Source: a candidate division FCPU426 bacterium
GTDB lineage: Bacteria > Oederibacteriota > Muellerivitia > Muellerivitales > Muellerivitaceae
Length of the DNA: 64,000 nucleotides
Reading direction: 5' to 3'
Assembly: GCA_963738405.1 (NCBI GenBank)
Contig: CAVTWJ010000014.1
Span: forward strand, 32,001 to 96,000
Part shown: in pieces, positions 36,605-46,800 of the stretch
Layout of the letters: each line of letters starts with the position of its first letter
Numbering within the stretch: the first letter of the stretch is position 1
Position numbers and translations under genes: made by a program
Notes under the pieces: model-generated
The model's database searches: none
What the model was told of the DNA's origin: nothing
What the model saw: the letters and a program-made list of their open reading frames with translations, nothing else

Positions 36605-37456
36605 TTAAGATCGAGCTTCTCGAATCGACCCGCAGGATTCCCAAGCCAGCATGACCCTCTTGCGGGGAAGCCCCCAACTGAACCCCCCCAGGTTTCCCGA
36701 TTCCCGAATGACCCGGTGGCAGGGGATCAGAAACCCCACGCTGTTGGCCCCCACCGCCGATCCCACCGCCCGGCCCGCCTTGGGTTTCCCAATTTTCCGC
36801 GCGACTTCGCCGTAAGACCTCGTCTGCCCCTGGGGGATTTGAAGCAGGGCCTCCCAGACCTTCAACTGAAAGGGGCTTCCCTTTAACAGGACCTTGAGGG
36901 GCTTACGGGGAGATTTAAAAATTTCCCGGGCCGTCTTTTGAATTAGCCGTGGGGCTTCCTTGAATGTCGCTTTGGGCCAGCGTTGTTTCAATATTGAGAG
37001 GGCTTCCCGGTTTTCCCAGGAAGGAAACCCCAGGTGGCAGATGCCCCGGCGGGTCAAACCCAATAGGGCCAGGCCGAAGGGGCTCTCGAAAAAGCCATAG
37101 GTGATTTCAACGCCCGCCCCGCCCGATTTGATTTCCCCCGGAGTGAGGGCTTCCACCTTCACCATCAAGTCGTGAAGCCGACCGGGGGAGGAAAGCCCCG
37201 CGTCATAGGCCGCGTCCAAAACACTTTTCGATTGGGAAAGCCGTCCCCCGGCATAACGGGCCGTCAAGAAAGCGAGATAGGCTTTGGGGCTGACCCCTGC
37301 CCATCGTTTGAAAAGTTTTTGAAAATGAAAGGGGCTTAATTGGACCCGGCGGGCCAAATCTTCCAACCGGGGCTGATCCTGGAGGTGCGCGTGAAGATAA
37401 AGAAGGCTCTCTTCGATCCGCCGGTAATCTTTTTCATGCTGGGTGGGGTTTCTCAT
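36605..37456 (-). CDS. AraC-HTH fused to methylated-DNA-protein-cysteine methyltransferase (Ada/Ogt-like)
   Basis: SPFHFQKLFKRWAGVSPK HTH; FQLKVWEAL and IPCHRV active site. Confidence 0.93.
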   Translation of the reverse strand: MRNPTQHEKDYRRIEESLLYLHAHLQDQPRLEDLARRVQLSPFHFQKLFKRWAGVSPKAYLAFLTARYAGGRLSQSKSVLDAAYDAGLSSPGRLHDLMVKVEALTPGEIKSGGAGVEITYGFFESPFGLALLGLTRRGICHLGFPSWENREALSILKQRWPKATFKEAPRLIQKTAREIFKSPRKPLKVLLKGSPFQLKVWEALLQIPQGQTRSYGEVARKIGKPKAGRAVGSAVGANSVGFLIPCHRVIRESGNLGGFSWGLPRKRVMLAWESCGSIREARS

Positions 37457-37514
37457 GCCTTTTAGAATAGGCTCCCGAAGATTGCGGAACCACCCGGAAC
37501 TTGCGGTCTTTCGG

Positions 37515-38768
37515 TCAGGGGGTCCAGTTGGGGAAAAGGGTCAAAACAACCGACAACAACCCCAGAAGGATGATGAGCACTCCCAAGCCCCCTACCATCA
37601 GGTTGGCTTTCCAGTTATTGACGTCCTTCCCTAAGAGCGACTTGTCGTTGGTCAAGAGAAGCAGAAAGGTCAACACAATGGGCAAAAGAAGGGCGTTACC
37701 CACCTCCACCATGACGGTCATGGTGACCAGCGGGACATTGGGAATCAACACGATCACCGCGGCAATCACCACCCCGGCGGAATAAAAGCCATAGAACCTC
37801 CGGGCCTGGGGAAAGCCCAGATTGAGGCTGTGGGGCCACCCAAAAGTTTCGCCAAAGGCCCAGGCGGTGGAAATGGCCACCACGAAGGCGCCCAAAAAGG
37901 AGGCGCTGATGAGGCCCACGGCAAAGAAAAGCCCGGCGTATTTTCCCGCCAGGGGGATCAGGGCCTGGGCGGCCTGGGCCGCGTCGTTTATGCTGACATG
38001 ATGAAGGAACAAGGTGGCGGCGGTGGAGATAACGATGAAGGCCATGATGATCTCCGTCAAGACAGCGCCGATGGCGGTATCCACCCGCTCGAAGGGCAGG
38101 TCGGAACGCTTAAGCTTTTTATCCACCACCGCGCTCTGCTGGTAATAGATCATCCAGGGCATGATGACCGCCCCGATCAGGCCGATCACCACCAAGATAA
38201 AATTTCGGTCGATGGATTGGGTCGGGATGGAAAAAACCTGCCGGGCGATTTCGCCCCAGTCCGGATGGGCCATGAAGGCCGCTGGGATGAAAAGGAGATC
38301 CGCCAGGCAGAAAAACAAGGCGATATATTCGGCGATGCGGTAGCGCCCCGTCATGACCACCAGGATCAGAAGAAGCGCTGAGAGGGGGACCGAAACAAAG
38401 GGGGAAATATCAGCCATGCGGGCCGCGCTCATGATGCCCGCGAACTCGGTGACCAACGCCGCGATATTGCAGAGGAAAAGCACCGCCAGTGAAACCCAGG
38501 CCCAGCCCATGCCGTATTTTTTGCGGATCAAAAAGGCGTGGCCCTTGCCCGTGATGGAGCCCAACCGGGCGGTCATTTCCTGAACCACATAAAGGGGGAT
38601 GGCGAGAAAGAGAAGCAGGCCTACGAGATGGTAGCTGTACTGGGCGCCCGCCACGGCTGCGGTGGTGATGCTGCCCGCCTCGGTGTCGGCCTGCATAACG
38701 ATCAGCCCCGGTCCCATGACCAGAAAAAAGGCTCCGACGCGCGTCCAAAGAGAAGATTTTTTCTTCAT
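37515..38768 (-). CDS. NRAMP-family divalent cation transporter, atypical (NRMT-like) clade
   Basis: GPGLI, QEMTARLG..TGKG, GAVIMPW; the canonical DPGN position reads DTEAGS. Confidence 0.9.
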   Translation of the reverse strand: MKKKSSLWTRVGAFFLVMGPGLIVMQADTEAGSITTAAVAGAQYSYHLVGLLLFLAIPLYVVQEMTARLGSITGKGHAFLIRKKYGMGWAWVSLAVLFLCNIAALVTEFAGIMSAARMADISPFVSVPLSALLLILVVMTGRYRIAEYIALFFCLADLLFIPAAFMAHPDWGEIARQVFSIPTQSIDRNFILVVIGLIGAVIMPWMIYYQQSAVVDKKLKRSDLPFERVDTAIGAVLTEIIMAFIVISTAATLFLHHVSINDAAQAAQALIPLAGKYAGLFFAVGLISASFLGAFVVAISTAWAFGETFGWPHSLNLGFPQARRFYGFYSAGVVIAAVIVLIPNVPLVTMTVMVEVGNALLLPIVLTFLLLLTNDKSLLGKDVNNWKANLMVGGLGVLIILLGLLSVVLTLFPNWTP

Positions 38769-38858
38769 GATAAAAAGAGCCTTTTCAAATTGAGATCGGC
38801 AACCATACGGTTTTCTTCAATAAGACCCAATGGATGGAAGCGAGGTGAGGAGATTACT

Positions 38859-38883
38859 CTAATTGATAACCATTATCAATTAG
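38859..38883. promoter_or_regulatory. Fur-family operator upstream of the NRAMP gene
   Basis: CTAATTGATAA-cca-TTATCAATTAG; contains TGATAAC-C-ATTATCA, one mismatch from the 7-1-7 Fur box. Confidence 0.85.
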
Positions 38884-38939
38884 AAAAATAACCCTCGGCA
38901 TATTAAACAGGATGACGGTCGAAGAATTGGAATTGGATT

Positions 38940-39203
38940 TTACTCAAACTCAACAGTGGATAAGATCTCGACAAACTTACCCCGATCCGCCTTGGCCACG
39001 GACTTTCCCTGAGGAATGGCCGTCACTTTCAATTCGATTTCTCGCATGGGGAGTTTGACCCGGATCGTTTCCGCGCCCAGGAGTTCGTAGGAAGGCTTCA
39101 GGGGAGCTTGGTTTAAAAGAACCCAGCCCGCGTCGCAAAGATGCTTGGCGGCCATGCGGGTTTTAGTGATTCCCATCAGTTTCAGGTAAAGATCAACCCG
39201 CAT
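38940..39203 (-). CDS. S4-domain RNA-binding protein (Hsp15/YabO-like)
   Basis: MRVDLYLK..KTRMAAKHLCDAG..KPS. Confidence 0.88.
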   Translation of the reverse strand: MRVDLYLKLMGITKTRMAAKHLCDAGWVLLNQAPLKPSYELLGAETIRVKLPMREIELKVTAIPQGKSVAKADRGKFVEILSTVEFE

Positions 39204-39226
39204 GGCTGTTGAGCTGGGGGAAAAGG

Positions 39227-41035
39227 TCAGTCGCCCTTATCCAGGTAAAAACGCAGGCCGAGGCCCACTTCAATGCCTGAATAGTCGATGGCGGCTTGGC
39301 TTCCGTCGGCGTTGAGGAGGGGCGAGGGAAAGTTAATCGCGCTTCCCGTGGTCACATTGGTCGCAAGGTTCGTAAAACGAAGGAACCGGTAGTCGAATCC
39401 CAGGTCGAATGATGTGGATTTGGAGCTATCGACGAAAAACTCGAAATCGGCGCCCGCTACCGCCCCGAAGCTGGAGCTGGAGGCGTCCATGTTTTCGGTG
39501 ACCCCTCCTCCTGCGACCGTAACGCCGGCCCCCGCGAGGAAATAATAACCGCCCGAGAGGGAAAGGTCGAAATTGGTTCCCTCATCCAGCGGAATAAGGA
39601 GCTTGGCGTGAAGGGCCGGGCCCAGCACCGCGCTGTTCCACATTTGGGTGACGCCCGCCTGCTCCACGTTTTCAACCGTCTTGCGTAAAAACTCGGCCTC
39701 CACACCGATTTGAATCGTCGGGTCCAGCGCCAAATCCGCGGCGAAATTAAACCCGAAGCCGAAGGGGAAACTTTGGTTGGAATTCACGCTCGAACCGTAA
39801 TAATCGCTCAAGTCGGTTGTGTTGTAATTGATCGCGTTGAATTTAGCCGTCAAGGTCCAGCTATCCGCGTCAGGCAAAGTGGGATATTCGGTCATGGGCG
39901 GCAGGTCCGAATCCTCTTCGGTGGAAGCCTCGGAGGCTACGGTGGCGGGAGAGCTTTCCCCGGCCGCGGGTAGGGCGGCGGTTTTAGACGCGGGAGTCGT
40001 CCCCGCAGTGGAAGGGGCGGCGGGAGAAGCCGGTTTGGGTTTAAACACGACCACCTTGCCGTCTTCCATAATGTAGGCCTTGGCTTTCAATTGATCGATC
40101 CACTGCTCAATAGCGTCCGACTGGCCGGTTTTTTGAAGATGTTCCTTGATACTGGAGGCCACGGAAGCGAAATCAGCCGGCCCCTTGGATTCCAGCCTCA
40201 CGACATAAATGCCCTCGGCGCCGTTGACGATTCCCAGGCCCTTGACCCTCATGGCGAAAATTCCATTGGCCAGTTCCGGATCCAAATCGGAACGGTAAAC
40301 GGTTCCGACTTCCCCGCCGTTATCCCGGGTGCCCGAATCCTCGGAGTATTTTTTCGCCTCGGACGCGAAATCCGCGCCCTTCTTCAAGTCGGCCAAAACC
40401 GCCTGGGCTTGTTTTTCGGCCCCGGCCCGTTTGGAGGCGGAGGCTTTCGAGTCCGCGTTGAAAAGAATGATGGAAAATTTGGCCTGTTCGTAATCTTGCG
40501 GGTGCTTTTGGTAGTAATCCGCGACCTGCTGGTCCGTGACCACGGCGGTGGAGGGAAGCTCTTCCTGTTTAAAATGAAGAACGCGTCCAGCCTTGATGCG
40601 CCGAAGCATTCTTTCACGCGTGTCTTCTTTCAGGTCGTCCAGGGTGATGCCTTCCTTGGTCAATCCCGCCTGGAATTCCTCGTCGGTGGCGAAGTTGCGC
40701 TTCATTCCCTCGATTTCCTGGTTCACCTGGGCTTCCACGTCGCTGTCGGAAATTTCCATTTTTTCACGGTCCGCTTCCTCGGCCAGAACCACTTCTTGAA
40801 TGAAATTATCCTCCACCTGCTTTTTGGCATCCAGATAGGCGGGGCTGCCGGCGGACGGGGTTTTATCCCCTTTGACCGCAAAAAAAGCGTCGATGGACTC
40901 TTCCAACTCGCCTTGGGTGAGGGAATCCTGGTCCACCACCAGCGTTATTTGATCCACCGTTTCCGCCATCACAAATCGCGGAAAAAACAATACCGTTCCC
41001 ATCGCCCAAAGACCTGCCCATATCCATTTATTCAT
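39227..41035 (-). CDS. SurA N-domain plus parvulin, fused to a C-terminal outer-membrane beta-barrel
   Basis: Signal peptide, ETVDQITLVVD SurA start, FASEAKKYSED..GG parvulin, Ala/Pro/Ser linker, eight amphipathic strands ending GLGLRFY. Confidence 0.85.
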   Translation of the reverse strand: MNKWIWAGLWAMGTVLFFPRFVMAETVDQITLVVDQDSLTQGELEESIDAFFAVKGDKTPSAGSPAYLDAKKQVEDNFIQEVVLAEEADREKMEISDSDVEAQVNQEIEGMKRNFATDEEFQAGLTKEGITLDDLKEDTRERMLRRIKAGRVLHFKQEELPSTAVVTDQQVADYYQKHPQDYEQAKFSIILFNADSKASASKRAGAEKQAQAVLADLKKGADFASEAKKYSEDSGTRDNGGEVGTVYRSDLDPELANGIFAMRVKGLGIVNGAEGIYVVRLESKGPADFASVASSIKEHLQKTGQSDAIEQWIDQLKAKAYIMEDGKVVVFKPKPASPAAPSTAGTTPASKTAALPAAGESSPATVASEASTEEDSDLPPMTEYPTLPDADSWTLTAKFNAINYNTTDLSDYYGSSVNSNQSFPFGFGFNFAADLALDPTIQIGVEAEFLRKTVENVEQAGVTQMWNSAVLGPALHAKLLIPLDEGTNFDLSLSGGYYFLAGAGVTVAGGGVTENMDASSSSFGAVAGADFEFFVDSSKSTSFDLGFDYRFLRFTNLATNVTTGSAINFPSPLLNADGSQAAIDYSGIEVGLGLRFYLDKGD

Positions 41036-42032
41036 CTCTTAAATCCTCCAGAGTGACCCCGACAATGGGGGCTAAGTCTTGATTCACCTTGATCACGGCA
41101 TTTTTTTTAAGTCCGGCCATCCACTGGTCGAACCTCATATCCTGCTCTTCTTTCATAAGAAAATCATGAATAAGGGGTGCCGCTTCGGCCAGGGTTCGCA
41201 TGCGCCTGGGGCGTTCCTCGATTCTTTGAAACAAATGGTAGCCAAATTCGTCCTTCACCGGTTTGGAAATCTCACCCGCTCCCAGAGCCGTTAAAACGGT
41301 CAGAAAAGCAGCGGGAAGGCGGTCGGTTTGCATCCAGCCCCAATCCCCTCCCTGGGACTTTTCAACCCCCTGGGAGAAGGTCGACGCCACCTTGGCGAAA
41401 TCTTCCCCGCGGCCCAAGCTCAACATGACCTTGTCCAGATCAGCCTTTTTCCTGACCACCAAATGCCGGGCCCGGATCGCGGCAGGGACCCAATAGGCGG
41501 AAAGATGAGACCAGTAATATTCCTCAACCTCGGGGTCCGTCACCTGCACCCGTGAATCCACTTCCTGGGTCACGATCTTCTGGGCCAGTTCTTCCTGGAG
41601 TACCTTGCGTTTCCAGGCTTCCTCGCTGACTCCCTGTGTCTTTAAGAGGGCCCTGTAGTCGTCCGGGATTTCCAGAAGGGCTTTTTGGAAAGCCTCATCC
41701 AGGTCTTTCTGGGTCATCTTCAGGCCCGTCCGCCGGGCCTCTTGCAGCAACAGCTTGCGGTTGATCACCTGTTCGAAAAGCCGGCGCTTGATGGCCCGCA
41801 TGTCGCCTTCGGTCACGGCGCTGTAATGAATTTCCATCAGGCGGAATTCGTTATCGAAAGTTTCCAGGGAGATGGGCTCGCCGTTAACGGTCACCAGGGT
41901 TTTTTCGGGCGGCACCTGGTCGGGTGTTAAATCGACCAGGGGTTCCTTTTGGCAACCGGCCAGAACCGCTAAAATTCCTGCGCTCCAAATCCAGATTCGG
42001 GCCCGGCTTGTCAGCTTTCGATCTTCGATCAT
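41028..42032 (-). CDS. SurA/PrsA-like peptidylprolyl isomerase, putative lipoprotein
   Basis: LAGC lipobox, VTVNGEPI, ARHLVV, GGDWGW, FGYHLF. Confidence 0.88.
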   Translation of the reverse strand: MIEDRKLTSRARIWIWSAGILAVLAGCQKEPLVDLTPDQVPPEKTLVTVNGEPISLETFDNEFRLMEIHYSAVTEGDMRAIKRRLFEQVINRKLLLQEARRTGLKMTQKDLDEAFQKALLEIPDDYRALLKTQGVSEEAWKRKVLQEELAQKIVTQEVDSRVQVTDPEVEEYYWSHLSAYWVPAAIRARHLVVRKKADLDKVMLSLGRGEDFAKVASTFSQGVEKSQGGDWGWMQTDRLPAAFLTVLTALGAGEISKPVKDEFGYHLFQRIEERPRRMRTLAEAAPLIHDFLMKEEQDMRFDQWMAGLKKNAVIKVNQDLAPIVGVTLEDLRDE

Positions 42033-42060
42033 TCCAGGCACCCGCAATCGGCCCTTGGGA

Positions 42061-42834
42061 CTAGGGCTTGCTATTCGGTTTTGACGCGGGAGAAGCCGAA
42101 GGGGGTTGGCCTAAGGCGCCTTGGTCTTGAAGTAAAGCGCTCGAGGTGGAGAGATTGGTGAGATATTTTTGGATCATATCCTCGTTTTTAACCACCTTGC
42201 TGTCACCCTGGAGCTGGTTCATCAACTTGTCCGCACGAACCCTCAAACGCACTTGATCCCGCACCTTATCGTAGGGCGGCGCCTTCTGCCCGTCTTGTTC
42301 CAATTGTTTGGAATACTTGGCGTAGCGGTCCTTGATCTCCGCCTCGGTCACCGTCACGGTATTAATCTTGCTCGCGGCGAAGGATTGGGCCAGCAGCATT
42401 TGCAGGTAAGAGTCTTTGTATGATTTTTCGAGTCGATTGACCGTTTCCATGTCCTGAACCAGACGGTCCTTGATGTCCTTGATTTGATTGCCCGCTTCCA
42501 GCAGTTTCGTTTTGGAAAGCTCATCAAACTGGGGATCGCTGTAGTGGGCGGCCCGGGCCGCTTCCAAAACCACTTCCTGGTCGATCAGGCTGTCCAATAC
42601 CTCACGCACCGCCTCCGCGTTGTTGGGATCCACGGGCTGGGGGGAGAATACACGCAAGAGGTCCATCTGGTGCATCCAATCGCCGAAGGTGATCTTTTGA
42701 TCCCCTACGGTCGCGACCACTTGGGAATCCGACAGCCCCGACTTGTTGGAGAATTTACTACAGGCCCAGCCGCTCAAAAAAAAGGTTAAGGCGGCGCCAA
42801 GAATAATAAAAAAACGCGCGAGTCGGGAAACCAT
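42061..42834 (-). CDS. SurA N-terminal-domain protein without parvulin, putative lipoprotein
   Basis: LSGWAC possible lipobox, VVATVGDQKIT, VLDSLIDQEVV, VTEAEIK. Confidence 0.75.
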   Translation of the reverse strand: MVSRLARFFIILGAALTFFLSGWACSKFSNKSGLSDSQVVATVGDQKITFGDWMHQMDLLRVFSPQPVDPNNAEAVREVLDSLIDQEVVLEAARAAHYSDPQFDELSKTKLLEAGNQIKDIKDRLVQDMETVNRLEKSYKDSYLQMLLAQSFAASKINTVTVTEAEIKDRYAKYSKQLEQDGQKAPPYDKVRDQVRLRVRADKLMNQLQGDSKVVKNEDMIQKYLTNLSTSSALLQDQGALGQPPSASPASKPNSKP

Positions 42835-43068
42835 GGGAACTCCTTGAGCGGTTTTACTGGGTGAAAGACGGCGTATCGTAACAAATAGGCTTAGGTCCCG
42901 CAATAGCAGGAAGAAAGGGAAGGGAGATTGGCAAAGGCATTTACCCCGAAGACGCAAAACCATGGCAATGCAAATCCATGTGAGAAAAAGATTTTTCCCA
43001 TCGTCTTCGACAAAATTCCCCGATTGAACGGGGATTATTCTGTGACAAAAACTTTTGGCGGATGCCTT

Positions 43069-43404
43069 TTATTCAGCGGTTTTAGGAGCGGCCGTCTTAA
43101 CCTTGATCTTCTTGTTCTTAACGCGGGCCCTTTTGGTCAGATCGGGTTGATCTTGATCGGGGGACAGCTTTAATGGATTTTCCGCCAGGTAATACTTTTT
43201 GGCGATTTTATCTTCCGCGCTGCGAAAGAGGATAAAAGCGAAGCGGTTTTCGATCTTGCTGATGATCCCAGGTCCCCATTCGGGCCTGACCGGCAATTGA
43301 ACTATTTTACCCAGGTCTTTTTCGTTGATTTGCACGACAGCCTTCCCTTCCACTGGTTGAATGATGTTAATAAGTGTCTGGCAAACTCTTTGTTTTTCAT
43401 CCAT
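43069..43404 (-). CDS. Small SH3-like protein (DUF3553-like)
   Basis: GKIV..RPEWGPGII pattern; basic tail. Confidence 0.6.
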   Translation of the reverse strand: MDEKQRVCQTLINIIQPVEGKAVVQINEKDLGKIVQLPVRPEWGPGIISKIENRFAFILFRSAEDKIAKKYYLAENPLKLSPDQDQPDLTKRARVKNKKIKVKTAAPKTAE

Positions 43405-43409
43405 CAAAT

Positions 43410-43450
43410 AAAAAAGCCCTGTAGCCTAAAAAGCAAGCTACAGGGCTTTT
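43410..43450 (-). terminator. Terminator after the cold-shock gene
   Basis: AAAAGCCCTGTAGC..GCTACAGGGCTTTT. Confidence 0.85.
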
Positions 43451-43471
43451 GAGAATCCTGAAAGATCTTGA

Positions 43472-43672
43472 TTAGATCTTAACGACGTTCTCAGCTTTCA
43501 GGCCTTTGTCCCCGCGGGTGACCTCAAACTCAACGCGGTCCCCTTCGTTCAGCGACTTGTAACCCTCGCCTTGAATGGACGAATGGTGCACGAATACATC
43601 CTCGCCACCGTCCTGGGAAATAAAACCAAAACCTTTTTCGTTCTTAAACCACTTCACAGTACCTTGAACCAT
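43472..43672 (-). CDS. Cold-shock protein
   Basis: GTVKWF, KGFGFI (RNP1), DVFVH (RNP2). Confidence 0.97.
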   Translation of the reverse strand: MVQGTVKWFKNEKGFGFISQDGGEDVFVHHSSIQGEGYKSLNEGDRVEFEVTRGDKGLKAENVVKI

Positions 43673-43806
43673 TGCTTGAAACCTCAACCTTCTTTTATTT
43701 TTATTCATCCCGTCAAGCTTTAAGGGCCTGAAAGGAGATATCTACAGTACAGGAAAAAGCAAAAATAGGTGAAAAAATCGGTGAAAACAACTTGAAGAGG
43801 GCAAAA

Positions 43807-46800
43807 CTACCCCTTTTGTAGGTCTTTTAGAAGCCGCTCTACCGCCGCTAGACGTTGTTCCTGAGTCTCATCCCCCTTCGCAACCCTAAAGGAAACGGTG
43901 TTTGGATCCTGTGGGGAGAAGCGAATTCGGGAGGGTGGATACTGCTTGAACCATTTCTGGACCCGAGCGGGATCGGGTGAATGACTGGGATGCCATTGAA
44001 GGCTCACCCACCCGCCCTGGGCCTCCAGACGTTGAACGCCTAAGCCTTTGGTCAAGGGACGGAAGGAGGCCACGGTCAGGAGCATCTGTGCCTCCGGAGG
44101 GAGGGGGCCGAATCTATCTTTTAATTCCTCTTCAATCCCTGACAAACTCTCTCCCGCCTCGGCCAGCCGCCGGTAGAACTCGATCTTTAAACCTTCATCG
44201 GGAATATATTCCTTAGGGAAATAAGCCGTAACCCCCAGGGTGAGTTGAGGCGTAAAGTCGTCGGTAAAAGACTCGCCTTTCAAGTGGGCAACTTCCTGAC
44301 TGAGCATGCGGCTGTAAAGTTCAAAACCAATAGCTTCCATGTTGCCGTGCTGCTGGGTGCCCAACACGTTGCCCGCTCCCCGGATTTCCATGTCCTTCAT
44401 TGCGATGTGAAGCCCTGACCCCAGGGAAGAAAATTCCTGTAAGACTTCCAGCCGCTTTTGGGCTAATTCTTTCAGGGTCATGTGGCGGGGATAAAAAAAG
44501 TAAGCGTAAGCCTGACGATCGGTGCGGCCCACCCGGCCCTTCAACTGGTAGAGTTGTGAAAGACCCATGTGATCCGCCCGTTCCACGATCAGGGTATTCA
44601 CGTTGGGCATGTCGAGCCCTGATTCGATGATGGAGGTACAGACCAAGACGTCGTATTCCCGGTCGATGAAATCCATCATGATGGATTCTAGCTCATGTTC
44701 CTGAAGCTGGCCGTGGGCCACGGCAAGTTTGGCCTCGGGCACCACCGCATGGAGATGGTCGGCGATGCGCTCAATATCTTTCACGTGGTTGTGCACGTAA
44801 AAAACCTGGCCCTCCCGGTTGATCTCCCTACGGATGGCTTCCCCCAAAAGCTTGTCGTCCATTGGCGCCACTTGGCTCAAGACCGACATTCGGTTGCGAG
44901 GCGGGGTATCAATCACTGAGATTTCCCGGATTCCAGAAAGGGACATGTGCAAAGTGCGGGGGATAGGCGTGGCGGTCAGGGTCAGCACGTCCACATCTTT
45001 CTTTATGCTTTTCATCTTCTCTTTCTGCGCCACCCCAAAGCGGTGTTCTTCATCAATAACGAGCAAACCCAAATTGGGCAACTTCACATCTTTCATGATG
45101 AGCCGGTGGGTGCCGATGAGGATATCGATCTCGCCTTCTCGGGCCTTATCGAGGGTTTCCTTAATTTCCTTGGGCGAGCGAAATCGAGAAAGCAGGGCAA
45201 TCTTAACCGGATAGTCCGCCATGCGATCCTTGAAGGTGTTGAAATGCTGCTGGGCCAGGATGGTCGTGGGAACAAGCACCGCCACCTGTCTTTTATCCTG
45301 CACCGCTTTGAAGGCCGCCCGCATGGCCACTTCGGTTTTGCCGTAGCCCACGTCGCCGCAAACGAGGCGATCCATGACCCGGTCCGACTCCATGTCCTTT
45401 TTCACATCCACCACGGCCTGGTACTGGCCCGGCGTGAGGGTGTAGAGGAAGGCGTCCTCGAATTCATTCTGCCAGGGGCTGTCCACCGAAAAGGGTTGTT
45501 TGCGCATGGCCTGACGGGTGGAGTAGAGGGCCATCAGTTCCCGGGCCACCGCCTCGATTTCTTTTTTAATCTTGGTCTTGGTACGGCTCCACTGCTCTCC
45601 GCCCAGCTTGGAAAGAACAGGAGAACCTTCGCTTCCTATATAGCGCTGGATGAGTCCGATCTGGTCCGTGGGAAGATATATCTTTTCGTTATCGGCAAAT
45701 TCAAGCTGAATGTAATCGCGTGTCACTTCATCGATGGTGAGGGGGGTCAATCCTCGATAAAGGCAGATGCCGCAGTCCAGATGGACCGCCCAATCGCCCA
45801 GGGATAATTCGTTTAAAGAAGAAAGCGCCTTTCCCCCCGAAACGGTGCGGATGCGCCGATGCCGTCGCCCCCGGTAGCGGCGGAAAAGATCATGATCAGG
45901 AAGAACTTTCAGCCCAATTCCATCCAGAGAAAAGCCCTGTTCCACCTCTCCCAAGGCCAGAAAAAGGGAGGGAGTCCCCTTGGGGTCAATCTTCTCTTCC
46001 CTCAACAACTCCGAAAGCCTTTCCCTTTCCCCCCGGTTATGACACCACAAAACCACCCGCTCGTTACCCGCAATCCACTTCTTAAGATCGTTGATGAAAG
46101 CCCCGAACTTTCCGTAATAGGGATTGAGGCTTCGGGCTTGAAAAGAAAATTCAAAATCAGGCTTTTCCCCTATTAAATCCTGAACGATCTGACCAATGGC
46201 GAAGGCCTTTCCACTTTCAAGGGCCTTTTGAACCGATCGGAGATCGTTGAATAGATGGCGGGCGGGAAAGAGGTCCGATTTTTCCTCACGAGCCTGGCGG
46301 TCGCAGGCGTCGAGCTTGTCTGAAAGCTCCTCATATTTGCGCTCCAGGGCCAGGGGCTCGAGGAGGAGAAGCCGGCTCTTATCCGGCAGGTAATCCAGAA
46401 GGCATTGACGTTCGGGAAGTGCCCCCACCGCCTGCCATTCCCAACCGGGGAAGGTTCGGGTTTGGGTGAAAAGCTCAAGGGCTGAAGTGGCCCAACGGGA
46501 TTCTTCCTTCATCTTTTCCCGAAGGGCAGCTTTTAAATTCTGGCTGGTTTCCGCTTTGACCACCACCTCATGGGCGGGAAATACGTAGACTTCTGATATA
46601 TCCCCCCCGGAGCGCTGGTTGAGGATATTGAGGGGACGAACCGAGACCAGGGTCTCGCCAAAAAACTCGAGCCGGACAGGCCCCGAAGGTGAACCGGGTG
46701 AAGCCAAGTCTAAAATACCGCCCCGCATGGCGAACTGGCCCAATTCCACCACCTGGGTGACCGACTCGTACCCTAAGGCCACCAGTCTTTCCTTTAAATC

